NCBI GenBank assembly: GCA_040235515.1
Contig: JBECKX010000195.1
Coordinates: forward strand, 1-64,000
Direction: 5' to 3'
From: Candidatus Zixiibacteriota bacterium
Lineage (GTDB): Bacteria; Zixibacteria; MSB-5A5; CAIYYT01
DNA: 64,000 bases
Below the pieces are notes generated by a model that had not been told where the DNA came from, searched no databases, and saw only the letters and a list, made by a program, of their open reading frames with translations. A program made the position numbers and the translations under genes. Of this stretch, positions 9,472 through 20,135 are shown one piece after another (position 1 is the first letter of the stretch; the number at the start of each line of letters is the position of its first letter).

Positions 9472-10119
9472 ATGAAGTTCTTTATCGATACGGCCAATAT
9501 CGATGAAATCAAGGAGGCTGCATCCCTGGGGGTGCTTGATGGAGTGACAACCAACCCGTCACTCGTTTCGAAGGAATCTGGTAAATTCGAAGATATCCTG
9601 CGGCAAATCTGCGAAGTCGTGGATGGTCCAATCTCTGCGGAGGTTACCGCCACAGACTATGAGGGTATGCTGAGGGAGGGGCGCGCGCTGGCGAAGATTC
9701 ATGACAATATTGTCGTGAAGTGTCCCTGCACCAAAGCCGGTCTCCAGGCAACCAAGACATTTGCAGAGGAGTCGATCGATGTCAATCTGACCCTCGTGTT
9801 CTCCCCCACGCAGGCGATTTTTGCCGCTAAAGCGGGAGCGCGTTTCGTGTCGCCATTCATCGGCCGACTCGACGATATCTCACAGGAGGGGATGGAGCTG
9901 ATCGAACAGATTGTACAAATCTATGATAACTACGCCTACGACACCGAAGTGCTGGTTGCCTCCGTTCGTCACCCCATGCATGTGGTTCAAGCCGCACTGA
10001 TCGGCGCCGATATCTGCACGATTCCGTTCGCGGTGATCGAGAAGCTATTCAGGCATCCTCTCACCGACATCGGGCTGGAGAAGTTCCTCAAGGATTGGGA
10101 GAAGGTCCAGAGCCGATGA
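9472..10119 (+). CDS. tal: Transaldolase (small TalC/FSA family)
   Basis: [24 protein letters not shown] (Glu) and SPFIGR (Phe) fit transaldolase rather than FSA (Gln/Tyr). Confidence 0.9.
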   Translation: MKFFIDTANIDEIKEAASLGVLDGVTTNPSLVSKESGKFEDILRQICEVVDGPISAEVTATDYEGMLREGRALAKIHDNIVVKCPCTKAGLQATKTFAEESIDVNLTLVFSPTQAIFAAKAGARFVSPFIGRLDDISQEGMELIEQIVQIYDNYAYDTEVLVASVRHPMHVVQAALIGADICTIPFAVIEKLFRHPLTDIGLEKFLKDWEKVQSR

Positions 10120-11408
10120 TTGATCGCTATACGACGCCCGAAATTGGTGGCATCTGGACCGATCAGCACAAGTTCGAAACCTGGCTCAAGGTAGAGCTTG
10201 CTGTTGCTGATGTTCAGGCGGCGATGGGGATCATTCCCCGGAAGGCCGCAAAGGACCTGGCTGCCAAAAGCAAATTCTCAGTCAAACGAATCGACGAGAT
10301 CGAGGCTGAGGTCAAACATGACGTGATCGCGTTCCTGACCTCGGTGTCTGAAAACGTCGGGGACTCGGCCAGGTACCTCCACTTCGGCATGACCTCCTCA
10401 GACCTCGTGGATACCGCGCAAGGGGTGTTGATTCAAGACGCCGGTAAGGTCGTCATGAAGGAGCTCAACCTGCTTGTGAAAGAAGTGAAAAAGAAAGCAC
10501 TCAAGTACAAGTTGACTCCTGCCATCGGTCGCACGCATGGTGTCCATGCCGAACCGACGACTCTCGGCTTGAAGTTTCTCCTCTGGTACAAAGAATTGCA
10601 GCGCCAGCAGGAGCGCATCAAACGCGCCTTTGCCCAGGCCGCGGTTGGAAAAATCTCCGGTGCGGTGGGAAATTATGCGAACCTCGATCCGGAGGTTGAG
10701 TCCCGCGTCTGCAAAAAACTGAAAATCGAGCCGGCGGTGATTTCGACGCAGGTAGTGCAACGGGATCATCATGCCGAGCTGCTCTCCGCGATCGCGCTGC
10801 TGGGAGCATCACTGGAGAAGTTTTCGACAGAGATCAGGGGCCTGCAAAAAACTGAGGTGCTTGAACTGGAGGAAGGGTTTTCGAAAGGACAGAAGGGTTC
10901 TTCTGCGATGCCGCACAAGCGCAACCCCATCACCTGTGAGCGCGTTGCCGGACTGGCGCGTGTCCTGCGCGGGAATATGATCGCAGCTTTCGAAAATGTC
11001 GCCCTCTGGCATGAACGTGACATCACCCACTCATCGGTAGAGCGCGTGATTCTGCCCGATTCGACGATCTTGATAGTCTACATGCTGAAGCAATTCACCG
11101 AGATTATGCGGAACCTGACTGTCTACGAGCAGAACCTGCGGGCGAACCTCGATAAGACCGGTGGACTCGTGTTCAGCGGCCGCTTGTTGCTGAAGCTCTC
11201 CAAGGCTTGCGGCTCGCGCGAGAAGGCGTACCTGATGGTGCAGCGCAACGCCATGAAGGGTTGGCGCGGGTCAGAACGTTTCGAAGACCTGGTCAAACAG
11301 GATAAGGAAGTGCTCGAGTACCTCTCCGAGTCCGATATTTCCGAATGCTTCGACCTCGGGCATTATACTCGCAATGTAGACAAGATCTATAAGAAGTGTC
11401 TTTCATGA
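10116..11408 (+). CDS. purB: Adenylosuccinate lyase
   Basis: MIDRY start overlapping tal stop (ATGA); [31 protein letters not shown]. Confidence 0.96.
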   Translation: MIDRYTTPEIGGIWTDQHKFETWLKVELAVADVQAAMGIIPRKAAKDLAAKSKFSVKRIDEIEAEVKHDVIAFLTSVSENVGDSARYLHFGMTSSDLVDTAQGVLIQDAGKVVMKELNLLVKEVKKKALKYKLTPAIGRTHGVHAEPTTLGLKFLLWYKELQRQQERIKRAFAQAAVGKISGAVGNYANLDPEVESRVCKKLKIEPAVISTQVVQRDHHAELLSAIALLGASLEKFSTEIRGLQKTEVLELEEGFSKGQKGSSAMPHKRNPITCERVAGLARVLRGNMIAAFENVALWHERDITHSSVERVILPDSTILIVYMLKQFTEIMRNLTVYEQNLRANLDKTGGLVFSGRLLLKLSKACGSREKAYLMVQRNAMKGWRGSERFEDLVKQDKEVLEYLSESDISECFDLGHYTRNVDKIYKKCLS

Positions 11409-12043
11409 TCGCGCGTGACGGTCTCAGATTCATAGTCCCGCTTTGGTTACTGGTAGCCCTCTTCCTCCTGTTGGGTATCACGATGCAGTCGGTGACCTCC
11501 TATGTTATCGCCGCCGTGCTGCTGATCCTGGCGTTGTTCGTGACATACTTCTTCCGCGACCCGGAGCGTACCCCACCGGAAGGGGAAGCACTTATTCTTT
11601 CACCCGGCGACGGCAAGATTATCGTTAACGAGATTCGCAGCGATGCTGCTGGCACCCGGTTCCGGCTTGTCTCGATCTTTCTCTCGGTATTCGATGTCCA
11701 CGTCAATCGCATCCCGATCAGCGGGGAAGTGACCCACGTCCAGCATGTGCCCGGCAAGTTTCATAAAGCTTTTCAACCGGAAGCCGTGGTTGAAAATGAG
11801 CGCACCGAGATTACGATCAAGTCACGATTCGGTGAGGTCAGTTTCAGTCAGGTGGCGGGAATCCTGGCCCGTCGTATTGTTTGTGGACTCTCTGTCGGGG
11901 ATAGCGTGGTCCGTGGCAGCCGGTTTGGGCTGATCAGATTCGGTTCGCGCGTCGATATCTTTCTCGACCCCGAAGTACAGGTAGATGTCAAAATCGGCGA
12001 CCGAGTAGCCGGAGGAGTGAGCGTCATTGGCCGCTTCTCGTAG
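11405..12043 (+). CDS. psd: Phosphatidylserine decarboxylase proenzyme (short type)
   Basis: FFRDPER, SPGDG, DVHVNRIP, FGSRVD autocleavage motif. Confidence 0.92.
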   Translation: MIARDGLRFIVPLWLLVALFLLLGITMQSVTSYVIAAVLLILALFVTYFFRDPERTPPEGEALILSPGDGKIIVNEIRSDAAGTRFRLVSIFLSVFDVHVNRIPISGEVTHVQHVPGKFHKAFQPEAVVENERTEITIKSRFGEVSFSQVAGILARRIVCGLSVGDSVVRGSRFGLIRFGSRVDIFLDPEVQVDVKIGDRVAGGVSVIGRFS

Positions 12044-12791
12044 ACGCGATAAATTCAAGGGGATCTTTCCGGGCGCATTCACGATGGGGAACCTGCTCTG
12101 CGGGTTTCTCGCGATTATCAGTGCGCACAACGGCGAACCGGCACGCGCAGCCTGGCTGGTGATTCTGGGAGCGTTCATCGATGGCCTCGATGGCAGAGTG
12201 GCACGCCTGTCGGGTGCAACGAGTCAATTCGGCAAGGAACTCGATTCACTCGCGGATGTCGTGACCTTCGGCCTGGCACCCGCCTTCCTGGCACTGGCGG
12301 CGAGCCTGCAGGCGTACGACCGTTGGGGGTTTATGGTCGGAGCGGTTTACCTGATGGCAGGCGCCTTCAGGCTGGCCCGCTACAATGTGGTGGCAGACCC
12401 GCATCGCAAAGACCATTTCGTTGGCCTCCCGATCCCGATTGCCGCCATCACAATCTGCTCTTACGTTATCCTCAACATGAAGTACTTTCAGGAAGTTCGG
12501 TATCCGGAGTTCCTGGTGACGATTGTGATCGGCTGTTCTGCGCTCATGGTTTCGACCGTGACCTATGATTCGCTGCCGGAGCGCTTTGACCGCAGAGAAA
12601 ACCGTTGGCGGCTTCTTTTTATTTTTGTATTCTTGATTGCGCTGTTGATCAGACCACGGTTGTTCCTCTTTCCCTTCATGGCCAGCTACGTGCTCTTTGG
12701 CGTTGTGCGCGAAGGGATTAGACTTTTTGGAGCAGCGCGACGTAACAATTATGATGAGCAGGACCAGCTCAAGAACGAGCCGGAGACATGA
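12027..12791 (+). CDS. pssA: CDP-diacylglycerol--serine O-phosphatidyltransferase
   Basis: DGLDGRVAR...FGKELDSLAD CDP-alcohol phosphotransferase motif; RLARYN; FVGLPIP; next to psd. Confidence 0.9.
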   Translation: MAASRRRDKFKGIFPGAFTMGNLLCGFLAIISAHNGEPARAAWLVILGAFIDGLDGRVARLSGATSQFGKELDSLADVVTFGLAPAFLALAASLQAYDRWGFMVGAVYLMAGAFRLARYNVVADPHRKDHFVGLPIPIAAITICSYVILNMKYFQEVRYPEFLVTIVIGCSALMVSTVTYDSLPERFDRRENRWRLLFIFVFLIALLIRPRLFLFPFMASYVLFGVVREGIRLFGAARRNNYDEQDQLKNEPET

Positions 12792-13072
12792 CCCAGCAAG
12801 ATGGAAAAAACGGTAAGAATGGCGGTGACAATCGCGTGATTTGTCGAGTCCGTCTGAAAGAGGGAGTCCTTGACCCGCAAGGCGTTACAATCCTCCATGC
12901 GCTCAAGCAGTTGGGTTACAATGACGTAGCGGATGTCCGTTCCGGCAAGATCTTCGAACTTAGCTTCAAATCTGAAGTTGAAGGTGATCTCAAAGCTAAG
13001 TCAGAGGAAATTTGCCGCAAGCTCCTGGCAAACCCGGTCATCGAAGAGTTCGAGATTCTCGAAAGTCAGTGA
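12788..13072 (+). CDS. purS: Phosphoribosylformylglycinamidine synthase subunit PurS
   Basis: LDPQG, GK.FEL, LLANPVIE. Confidence 0.93.
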   Translation: MTQQDGKNGKNGGDNRVICRVRLKEGVLDPQGVTILHALKQLGYNDVADVRSGKIFELSFKSEVEGDLKAKSEEICRKLLANPVIEEFEILESQ

Positions 13073-13117
13073 ATACCTGATTCCCGGAAAATAGACGCTT
13101 TCAAATGAGGTGATTCT

Positions 13118-13822
13118 GTGCGATTCGGAGTTGTGACATTTCCCGGTTCCAATTGCGACTACGATGCTCTAATGGTTGTTCGTGATCAACTGGGTGAAGA
13201 GGCGGAGTTTGTCTGGCACAAGGATACCGAATTGCAGGGCTTCGACTGCATTATTCTGCCGGGTGGGTTCTCCTATGGTGACTACCTCCGATCAGGCGCT
13301 ATTGCGAGGTTCTCGCCGGTCATGGAGTCGGTGAAACAATTCGCCGCCGATGGCGGTCTGCTTATCGGCATCTGTAATGGTTTTCAGGTATTGCTGGAAG
13401 CAGGTCTACTCCCCGGCGCGATGCTTCGCAACGATCATCTACGCTTCGCCTGCAAACATGTGTACATCAGGTGCGAGAACAACGATACGCCGTTTTCGAA
13501 TCAGATTGAGGCGGGTGATGTGCTGAAGATTCCGATCGCCCACGCAGAGGGCAACTTCTACGCTTACGATGCCGATGTCGCCGAGCTTGAGCGGAACAAT
13601 CAGATCGTATTCCGCTACTGCAACGCGGCCGGAGAGATTACTGCAGACTCAAACCCGAACGGCAGCGTCGCCAATATCGCCGGTATCTGTAACAGGGCGG
13701 GGAACGTCCTTGGGATGATGCCTCATCCCGAACGTGCATCGGAGCGGCTGCTTGGCTCTGCCGATGGTCTCCAGGTTTTCCAGTCGCTCAAGGCTGCAAT
13801 TTCGTCGAGGGTAGCCGTTTGA
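13118..13822 (+). CDS. purQ: Phosphoribosylformylglycinamidine synthase subunit PurQ
   Basis: [33 protein letters not shown]. Confidence 0.96.
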   Translation: MRFGVVTFPGSNCDYDALMVVRDQLGEEAEFVWHKDTELQGFDCIILPGGFSYGDYLRSGAIARFSPVMESVKQFAADGGLLIGICNGFQVLLEAGLLPGAMLRNDHLRFACKHVYIRCENNDTPFSNQIEAGDVLKIPIAHAEGNFYAYDADVAELERNNQIVFRYCNAAGEITADSNPNGSVANIAGICNRAGNVLGMMPHPERASERLLGSADGLQVFQSLKAAISSRVAV

Positions 13823-14103
13823 GGCGCAACGAGATAATCTTCCTGATCTTTTCACTCCTGCTGGCGGCAATTGTCGGCGGTCTGGTTGGAGATATTATCG
13901 GTCAGTTTCTGCCTGATGGCGCCGCCAAGACGCTCTTCCAGAAGAGTATCGATATCGGCACGATCCACGATGGCCACTACAGCCCGATCACGGTCGATTT
14001 CTTCGCGATAAGTTTCACGCTCGGATTGATGTTCAAGATTAACTTTGTCAGCGTATTATTTCTGGTTATCGTTGTAATCTACTTTCGCTGGTTCTATATT
14101 TAG
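13819..14103 (+). CDS. Small membrane protein (DUF4321-like)
   Basis: 94 aa, two hydrophobic segments with a P.T.DF..ISFTLG...KIN pattern; start overlaps purQ stop. Confidence 0.6.
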   Translation: MRRNEIIFLIFSLLLAAIVGGLVGDIIGQFLPDGAAKTLFQKSIDIGTIHDGHYSPITVDFFAISFTLGLMFKINFVSVLFLVIVVIYFRWFYI

Positions 14104-14130
14104 TAGTCCAGTTGCGAAGGAGTTAAAAAT

Positions 14131-14343
14131 ATGCCAAATCTTGGCTTTCAAGAACTGTTGATCATCTTTCTCATCGTGCTGATTCTCTTTGGCGCGAAGA
14201 AGATTCCTGATATTGCCCAGGGGCTAGGCAGGGGAATCCGTGATTTCAAGCGCTCAATGAAAGAGACTACCGATGAGATCTCCAAGGCGACGCAGGCGGA
14301 CGATGATGGCTCCAAGGCCAAGTCGAGCGAGAAAAACAACTAG
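14131..14343 (+). CDS. tatA: Twin-arginine translocase TatA/TatE subunit
   Basis: [39 protein letters not shown]. Confidence 0.93.
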   Translation: MPNLGFQELLIIFLIVLILFGAKKIPDIAQGLGRGIRDFKRSMKETTDEISKATQADDDGSKAKSSEKNN

Positions 14344-14427
14344 TGCTCTTTGACTAGTGTTCTCTCAGAGACGGTAGCATCCAAAACCGAAGCACGTTAA
14401 CCTACGCGGAAGAGAAACGAAGCGAAG

Positions 14428-14913
14428 ATGACTGATAAGAGCCAGAGCAAGTCGGCCGACACGGTGTTCGGCCCCGATGAATTGGAGCAGATTCGCAATA
14501 CCCTCGCAGCAACCGATTCAGCGTGGGAGGGTGATCATCACCGGTTCAAGATCACGCAGGCCGAGGAACGACGCTCGTTGGTGCTTGAGATTTATCCCCG
14601 TACTCAACTCGGCAGAAGTTCCGGCGCGTTGATTGTGGTCTATACGGGTGGGGCGCATCTGCAGCTTCACAACTGTTCAGGGTTCGTTGCGAGTGAAGAA
14701 CTGGGCGAAGTGACCTTCGTTTCGGAGGAGCAAGATAAGATCTCCGGTCTGGTGGTCGAACGCGAAGCTGCCTGCTCCCTCTATTCCAGCATCAGCCGCG
14801 ATTTGATTTCCTCAGATTTCTCTAAATTAGGCGTGGAGGTCATGCTCTCGGGCGTGGCGCTCTCTCTGGCCGAAGAGCTCTTCGACGGCGAGCATCTCGC
14901 AGGAGAAGAGTAG
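14428..14913 (+). CDS. Hypothetical protein
   Basis: 161-aa ORF filling the gap after tatA; no recognised motif. Confidence 0.6.
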   Translation: MTDKSQSKSADTVFGPDELEQIRNTLAATDSAWEGDHHRFKITQAEERRSLVLEIYPRTQLGRSSGALIVVYTGGAHLQLHNCSGFVASEELGEVTFVSEEQDKISGLVVEREAACSLYSSISRDLISSDFSKLGVEVMLSGVALSLAEELFDGEHLAGEE

Positions 14914-14951
14914 GGGAACTTCGCACGGTAGATCTTTCAGTGGTTTGGTAC

Positions 14952-14968
14952 CCCACCTAACAGGTGGG
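14952..14968. repeat. REP-like hairpin upstream of the RAYT pseudogene
   Basis: CCCACCT-AAC-AGGTGGG perfect 7-bp stem, preceded by GGTAC. Confidence 0.45.
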
Positions 14969-15020
14969 CATGAGATTCGATAGCTGATTTAGCAATAATC
15001 GCTGCAAAAGGAGGGATTCC

Positions 15021-15508
15021 ATGAGATTAAGACACTATGACCATGATGGTCGTGCCCGATTCATCACTTTCTCAACGCACAAAGACCTTCCAGTCCTTAC
15101 GAATAGTCTCTTCCGTGAAATCGTAGTAGATGGGATAGTGAGCCACTGTCGCTTGCACAAACTTCGATTGCTCGCCTATGTGGTCATGCCAGAGCACGTT
15201 CACCTGGTGAACGTTCCTTCCAGTGGTTTGGAAGTCGGTCCGAATATAGGTGAACTCAAACGGCAATTGCCAGGCGCATCCTCCAGAAGTTGAGACTCCA
15301 ACGGAATGAGCTCATCACTGCGCTAACCGTGAATCGCGATGGTATGCAGAGAGTCGTATTGTGGAAGCGACACTGCTACGATCATAACTGTCGATGTGAG
15401 AAGTCAGCTTGGAAGAAGGTAGACTTTTGCCATCGCAATCCTGTGGAGCGTGGGTTCAGCAGTCAAAAGATGATTGGTTGGCGAACTATACTATCAGGGA
15501 TGCAGTAA
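15021..15508 (+). pseudogene. REP-associated tyrosine transposase (RAYT, IS200/Y1 HUH family), frameshifted and degenerate
   Basis: FITFST and AYVVMPEHVHL (HUH) in 15021..15293; continues in the -1 frame near 15265 to W...CYDHN.R...CHRNPV.RG; expected catalytic Tyr reads Phe (DFCHRNP). Confidence 0.8.
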
Positions 15509-15519
15509 CGCGCCGTCAC

Positions 15520-18174
15520 CTACACTAGTGCTTTCTTCCGCGAGAATGATACCGTGAAGTCCTCCAGCGCCGATGCGAACTCTTTCGCAGTGCGGTAGCG
15601 CTCCATCGGATCCTTTGCCAACGCCTTCCTGAGGATCAGGTCAAAGAGCGGCGGAATCTTCGGGTCAACCGTCGATGGCGTCAGTGGCTCTTCATTGAGT
15701 ATCTTGTAGACCAACGCGGAAATATTCTCGCCGCGGAATGGACGTTGATGCGTCAGCAACTCATACAACACGACACCGAGCGAGAAGATATCGGAACTGG
15801 GGGTAACCTCTTTACCCTGCAGCTGCTCCGGTGAGATGTAGTTGGGCGTACCCATCGCGACACCGGTCTGGGTCATCGAGGATGACTCGAAGTGGGCGAT
15901 ACCGAAATCCATCACCTTGACGCGGAACCCATCCATCACCATGATGTTGGCGGGCTTGATGTCACGGTGGATAATCCCCATCGAGTGCGCGTACTCGAGC
16001 GCCGAGCAAACCTGCATCACGATTGATGCGAGGATTCGATAATTCAGTTGCAGATTTCTGCGCAGCACGGCTTCCAGCGTGTAACCCTCAATGAATTCCA
16101 TCGCAATGTATTGCAGGTTGCCGCTGAGACCGTAATCGTAAATCGTGACGATGTTGGGGTGCGAAAGGTTTCCGGCAGCCTTCGCTTCGCGCGCGAGCCG
16201 TTCCTTCAATTCGGTGATCTCGGTCGGATCCGCAATCGAGTCGAGGCGGATCGTCTTGAGCGCCACCAGGCGATCGATTGCCGGATCGTTGCCCTTGTAC
16301 ACCGTTCCCATCGCTCCTTTGCCGAGCGGTTCGATAATCTGGTAGCGTCCGAAGGAGATCGGTTGTCCCTCATTGGTGAACTTGACGCCGTAGATTTTCT
16401 TTTCTTCTTCGGTCAGTATCAATTCCTCATCGACACTACCCGGTTTCGGAGTGGCATCAAACTGCGGTTCAGCCGTGATCTTCCGCTGCTTGCGCGGTGA
16501 TTCCTTCATCTCGCCCGAATCAGCATCGGGTGGCTGGATCCCGCTCATATCGACATCGAGCAGGTCGGGGATGAAAGTCGATGTCTCATTCTGTTCGCTC
16601 TCTGCTACATCCTGGCGAACGCCCTGCATCTGCGTCGAATCAGCCTGCTGCTGCTGAGCGATCTTCTTGCTCGTGTCATGTTTAGCGTATTCGCTTGCCG
16701 GAATCAGGTCGCCACCCTGTTGCAGCGCCTCGAAATCGAGCCTGATTGTCTCGGCGAAGACTTCGGGTGATGGCTTGTCATCTTCCAGCACGCGCATCGG
16801 GATGTCGCTGAAGTCAAGCTCTTCGCCATCATCGCGACTGGTGGCTATCGGTTCGCCATCGAGTAATTTTTCAAGGTCGAGCGATGAGGCCAGCGAACCC
16901 GAGCCGGAGGTTTTCTCCACGCCGCGAAGCGCCAGGGAGGCTCCGAAACAGAGCACAACCGTCACGAGTGGATAGAATACGTTGAGCAGAATATTGGTTG
17001 AACTGAACAACACGTAGTTGATGTTGGCCAGGATGAATCCCACGATGAAGAGAGCGATCAGCCGGTACATCTTGCCCATGCGTGGCAGCACCAGGCCGCC
17101 GAAGATTCCGATCGCAATCACGAGCAGCAAATCAGCGGGTATGGGCAAGCCGAGCCGACGTGGTGCGGTATCGTTGATCAATGTCTGGGCCGTAGCTGCG
17201 GCATAGCGATAACTTGGAATGTCGCCTCCCACGGCAGTCGGCACGAACTGGAACGACCCCTGGGTGGTTGAGGCCACGACGATTGCGCGCCCCTGCAGTC
17301 CCGCCGGGTCTGCATCGCCGGTGAGAATATCGATTGCCGAGTAGGTAGCATAAACGCTTCCTTCCTTCGGCACCTCCACCAGCATCCGGCCGTTGTTGTC
17401 TACCGGCAGAATCCGTCCGCCGCAGATGACCTGACCGTCGCTGTTGTATTGAATCTGATCCGGCCCGTAGCCGAGATAGGAATTTGCCATCTGGACCGCT
17501 GCCGAGACAAACACCTTGCCCTCAAAGTCAACCAGGAGGTTGGCCGAGCGGACCTTTTCGTCAGCGTCTGGTTCGAAGTAGCGGAAGCCAACGGCGTTCA
17601 CCCGCTTGGCGAGGATCTCCGGGGGCATGAACGCGGCCACGACTTTCGGTAAACCGCCGGTGGAGGCGTTCAGTGGCGGCCAGAGGGCGGAGAAATGGAA
17701 ATAGTCAGGGACTTCACGCAAGGAGCGTCCTTCCTCCGCAACCACGATATCAAACGGCAGAATGATTTTCCCGCAGAGGCTCATCGTTTCGGCAAGTTGC
17801 TCGGTATTGCCGGCCACGATCTCTTCCGCCTTCTCGAGCAGCGGGAAGTCCAGCATCACTGCCTTCGGCTGGTAGTCACAGATAGTGATCAGCAGGTCAC
17901 TGATTCTCTCGTGATCCCAGGGCCACTGACCTACTTTATCGATACTGCGCTGGTCAATCGCCACGATCGCAATCTTGCTGCGATCGGCAACGACTTCCTT
18001 GGATGAACGAATCGAGTCTTCGATCTTGTATTCGAGGCTCTGCAGCGGCGGGATATCCTGCACGTAGATGATAACCACGAACAGCGTAATCAGCCAGAAA
18101 AGCAGACCACTCTTCAGCCGGCCGGAGAGATTGCTGAGAGAGAAACTCTTGGTTTTGATCGATGGTATTTTCAT
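15520..18174 (-). CDS. Membrane Ser/Thr protein kinase with extracytoplasmic CHASE2 domain
   Basis: IVAIDQRSIDKVGQWPW and DADEKVR (CHASE2), 3 TM helices, acidic linker, kinase motifs LGKGAMGTVY, VALK, HRDIKPAN, DFG, GTPNYISPE. Confidence 0.93.
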   Translation of the reverse strand: MKIPSIKTKSFSLSNLSGRLKSGLLFWLITLFVVIIYVQDIPPLQSLEYKIEDSIRSSKEVVADRSKIAIVAIDQRSIDKVGQWPWDHERISDLLITICDYQPKAVMLDFPLLEKAEEIVAGNTEQLAETMSLCGKIILPFDIVVAEEGRSLREVPDYFHFSALWPPLNASTGGLPKVVAAFMPPEILAKRVNAVGFRYFEPDADEKVRSANLLVDFEGKVFVSAAVQMANSYLGYGPDQIQYNSDGQVICGGRILPVDNNGRMLVEVPKEGSVYATYSAIDILTGDADPAGLQGRAIVVASTTQGSFQFVPTAVGGDIPSYRYAAATAQTLINDTAPRRLGLPIPADLLLVIAIGIFGGLVLPRMGKMYRLIALFIVGFILANINYVLFSSTNILLNVFYPLVTVVLCFGASLALRGVEKTSGSGSLASSLDLEKLLDGEPIATSRDDGEELDFSDIPMRVLEDDKPSPEVFAETIRLDFEALQQGGDLIPASEYAKHDTSKKIAQQQQADSTQMQGVRQDVAESEQNETSTFIPDLLDVDMSGIQPPDADSGEMKESPRKQRKITAEPQFDATPKPGSVDEELILTEEEKKIYGVKFTNEGQPISFGRYQIIEPLGKGAMGTVYKGNDPAIDRLVALKTIRLDSIADPTEITELKERLAREAKAAGNLSHPNIVTIYDYGLSGNLQYIAMEFIEGYTLEAVLRRNLQLNYRILASIVMQVCSALEYAHSMGIIHRDIKPANIMVMDGFRVKVMDFGIAHFESSSMTQTGVAMGTPNYISPEQLQGKEVTPSSDIFSLGVVLYELLTHQRPFRGENISALVYKILNEEPLTPSTVDPKIPPLFDLILRKALAKDPMERYRTAKEFASALEDFTVSFSRKKALV

Positions 18175-18179
18175 GGTTC

Positions 18180-18911
18180 CTACTTCCCTGAAGCCAGCCT
18201 GTCGACCAGGAATGACGGTAACTCGGCTGCCGCCATCTTCTGCTGCGCAGCTGAAACATCATATTCGACGCGCCGGAATTCGATCGATCGCGCCGCCGAA
18301 TCGAAGACCACATAACATGAGCGGGGGTCGCCGTCGCGCGGCTGTCCGACGGAACCGACATTCACGATATGCCGGCAATCGGGGCGCAGCTCAATCTTGC
18401 TCTCGACCTCCACCGCTTTAACGCTTTTCTGATCGTCGAGGTAGAATAATGACGGTTTATGCGAGTGTCCGAGGAAGCAGATATCCTGATCGAAGTGGTT
18501 GAACTGCCATTTGGCGTCTGATGCCGTTATGCAATAGTTCCACGCCTCCGGTTCATTGGGAGTAGAGTGGACGTAGAGACAGCGCTCCTCCTCGGCGGTG
18601 AGTTCAAACGCAGCCAGCGTCTTCAACGACTTCTCCGAGAGGATAGATGCCGTGTAGTTGATCGCGATCTGTGCAAAGGGGTTGAAATCCTCGATATCAA
18701 GCTTTCCAAGTGCGCTGAAATCGTGATTACCCATCAGTTTGATTTTGCACTTCCGGTCAATCAGTTCGATCACCTCATTCGGATTGGCGCCGTAACCGAC
18801 CGCGTCACCGAGGAAATGAATCTGGTCAACTCTCTGCGCTTCGGCATCGGCAAGTACCGCCATAAGGGCCTCAAGGTTTGCGTGGACGTCGGAGATTAGG
18901 GCACTCTTCAT
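18180..18911 (-). CDS. Metallophosphoesterase (calcineurin-like, PPP/ApaH-related)
   Basis: SDVHAN, LGDAVGYG, GNHD, GHSH, NVGSVGQPRDGDPR. Confidence 0.9.
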   Translation of the reverse strand: MKSALISDVHANLEALMAVLADAEAQRVDQIHFLGDAVGYGANPNEVIELIDRKCKIKLMGNHDFSALGKLDIEDFNPFAQIAINYTASILSEKSLKTLAAFELTAEEERCLYVHSTPNEPEAWNYCITASDAKWQFNHFDQDICFLGHSHKPSLFYLDDQKSVKAVEVESKIELRPDCRHIVNVGSVGQPRDGDPRSCYVVFDSAARSIEFRRVEYDVSAAQQKMAAAELPSFLVDRLASGK

Positions 18912-18991
18912 TTACTCTTCCATGTTGTGAATCGCTGTCTCCCCCGAACGACGGCGCGGTTGCATTCCTGTCTTTGACTTACGTATCAGGG

Positions 18992-19675
18992 TTATCCCTG
19001 GATGAATCGAAACGCCGAATTGCCGACTTCGATGACATCGCCATTCTTGAGCGTTGCCGAAGTGACGGCTTCGCCGTTGATCTTGGTTTTGTTCTTCCTG
19101 CCAACATTCGCGATTGTGAAGATGCCGCCGTTATCGTTGATCTTGGCCTGCACTTTCGAAGTGAGCCAGCCGCCCACTCTGATATTGGCGAATGATGATT
19201 TTCCGAGCGTCGTTGTTTCCCGCTCGAGCACGAAGCGCCTGGATTCATCCTGTACCGACACCAGCAGGGAATTGCCGACTTCCTGGGCAAGTTGCTTATC
19301 CTGCTCGTCCTGGTGCACCATCTCTTTCTGCTTCCTGGTGTTGAGCACCATCGTTCCATCCATGTCGGTCATCTTCTTGGTCGGTTGAGCATCGTTGAAG
19401 AACACCAGATCGAACTTGCCGATCGTGATCGTGTCCTTGTCCTGCAAGTACTGCTCGGCGACCTTGCGCTCGTTCACGAATGTACCATTGAGGCTGTCGT
19501 TATCGATCAGCAGTGCACCCTTCTCGGAGAACTCGATGAGGGCATGCCGACGCGATACGCCTCGGTTGTCGAGAACGATATCGTTCTCTGAGGTGCGGCC
19601 GATCGTTATACGTTCTTTTTCGCTTACGACCCGCTCGATCACCTTGTCTGCAAATCTGACAATAATCTCGGGCAT
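18992..19675 (-). CDS. Tandem FHA-domain protein (second FHA degenerate)
   Basis: IGRT..NDIVL....VSRRHA..SLNGTFVN; second domain ends LKNGDVIEVG but lacks GR and SxxH; ATG 19675 after GGAG. Confidence 0.88.
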   Translation of the reverse strand: MPEIIVRFADKVIERVVSEKERITIGRTSENDIVLDNRGVSRRHALIEFSEKGALLIDNDSLNGTFVNERKVAEQYLQDKDTITIGKFDLVFFNDAQPTKKMTDMDGTMVLNTRKQKEMVHQDEQDKQLAQEVGNSLLVSVQDESRRFVLERETTTLGKSSFANIRVGGWLTSKVQAKINDNGGIFTIANVGRKNKTKINGEAVTSATLKNGDVIEVGNSAFRFIQG

Positions 19676-19676
19676 T

Positions 19677-20135
19677 TTACCGTTGCTCCTTTCCCGACGC
19701 GGGCGTTTCTCCTCGACTAATGGGAATAGGCCTGGTTTCTGAAGTTTCAGCCACGCTGTTCCGGCCGGTGTGTTCACGCGATTCCCGCAATTCGGGAGAT
19801 TGCAGCACTAATGTGCCATCTATATCAGACATACTCATTGCAAGCTTGGAGTCGACATAGAACACCAGGCTGAACTTGCCGACTGTAATCACATCCTCAT
19901 CCTTGAGAACACATTTCTCAACCCGCTGCGAGTTCACGTAGGTGCCGTTGAGGCTCTGCAGATCGCGGAGCACCGGGCCGTCGCCGGAGAAGTCGATGCG
20001 GGCATGCTGCCGTGAAACTCCCTGGTGGTTCAGCACGATATCATTGTCACTCGTTCTTCCGATACTCAGGAATCCCTTTTCAGTTATGACACGCTCAATG
20101 ATGCGATCATCGGCCTTCACTACTACTTCCGGCAT
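19677..20135 (-). CDS. FHA-domain protein
   Basis: IGRT.DNDIVL..QGVSRQHA..SLNGTYVN; ATG 20135 after AAGGAG. Confidence 0.88.
   Translation of the reverse strand: MPEVVVKADDRIIERVITEKGFLSIGRTSDNDIVLNHQGVSRQHARIDFSGDGPVLRDLQSLNGTYVNSQRVEKCVLKDEDVITVGKFSLVFYVDSKLAMSMSDIDGTLVLQSPELRESREHTGRNSVAETSETRPIPISRGETPASGKEQR

Noticed and set aside
12788..13822. purS-purQ without purL as a novel arrangement
   Set aside because: Dispersed pur genes are common; purL is probably elsewhere in the genome
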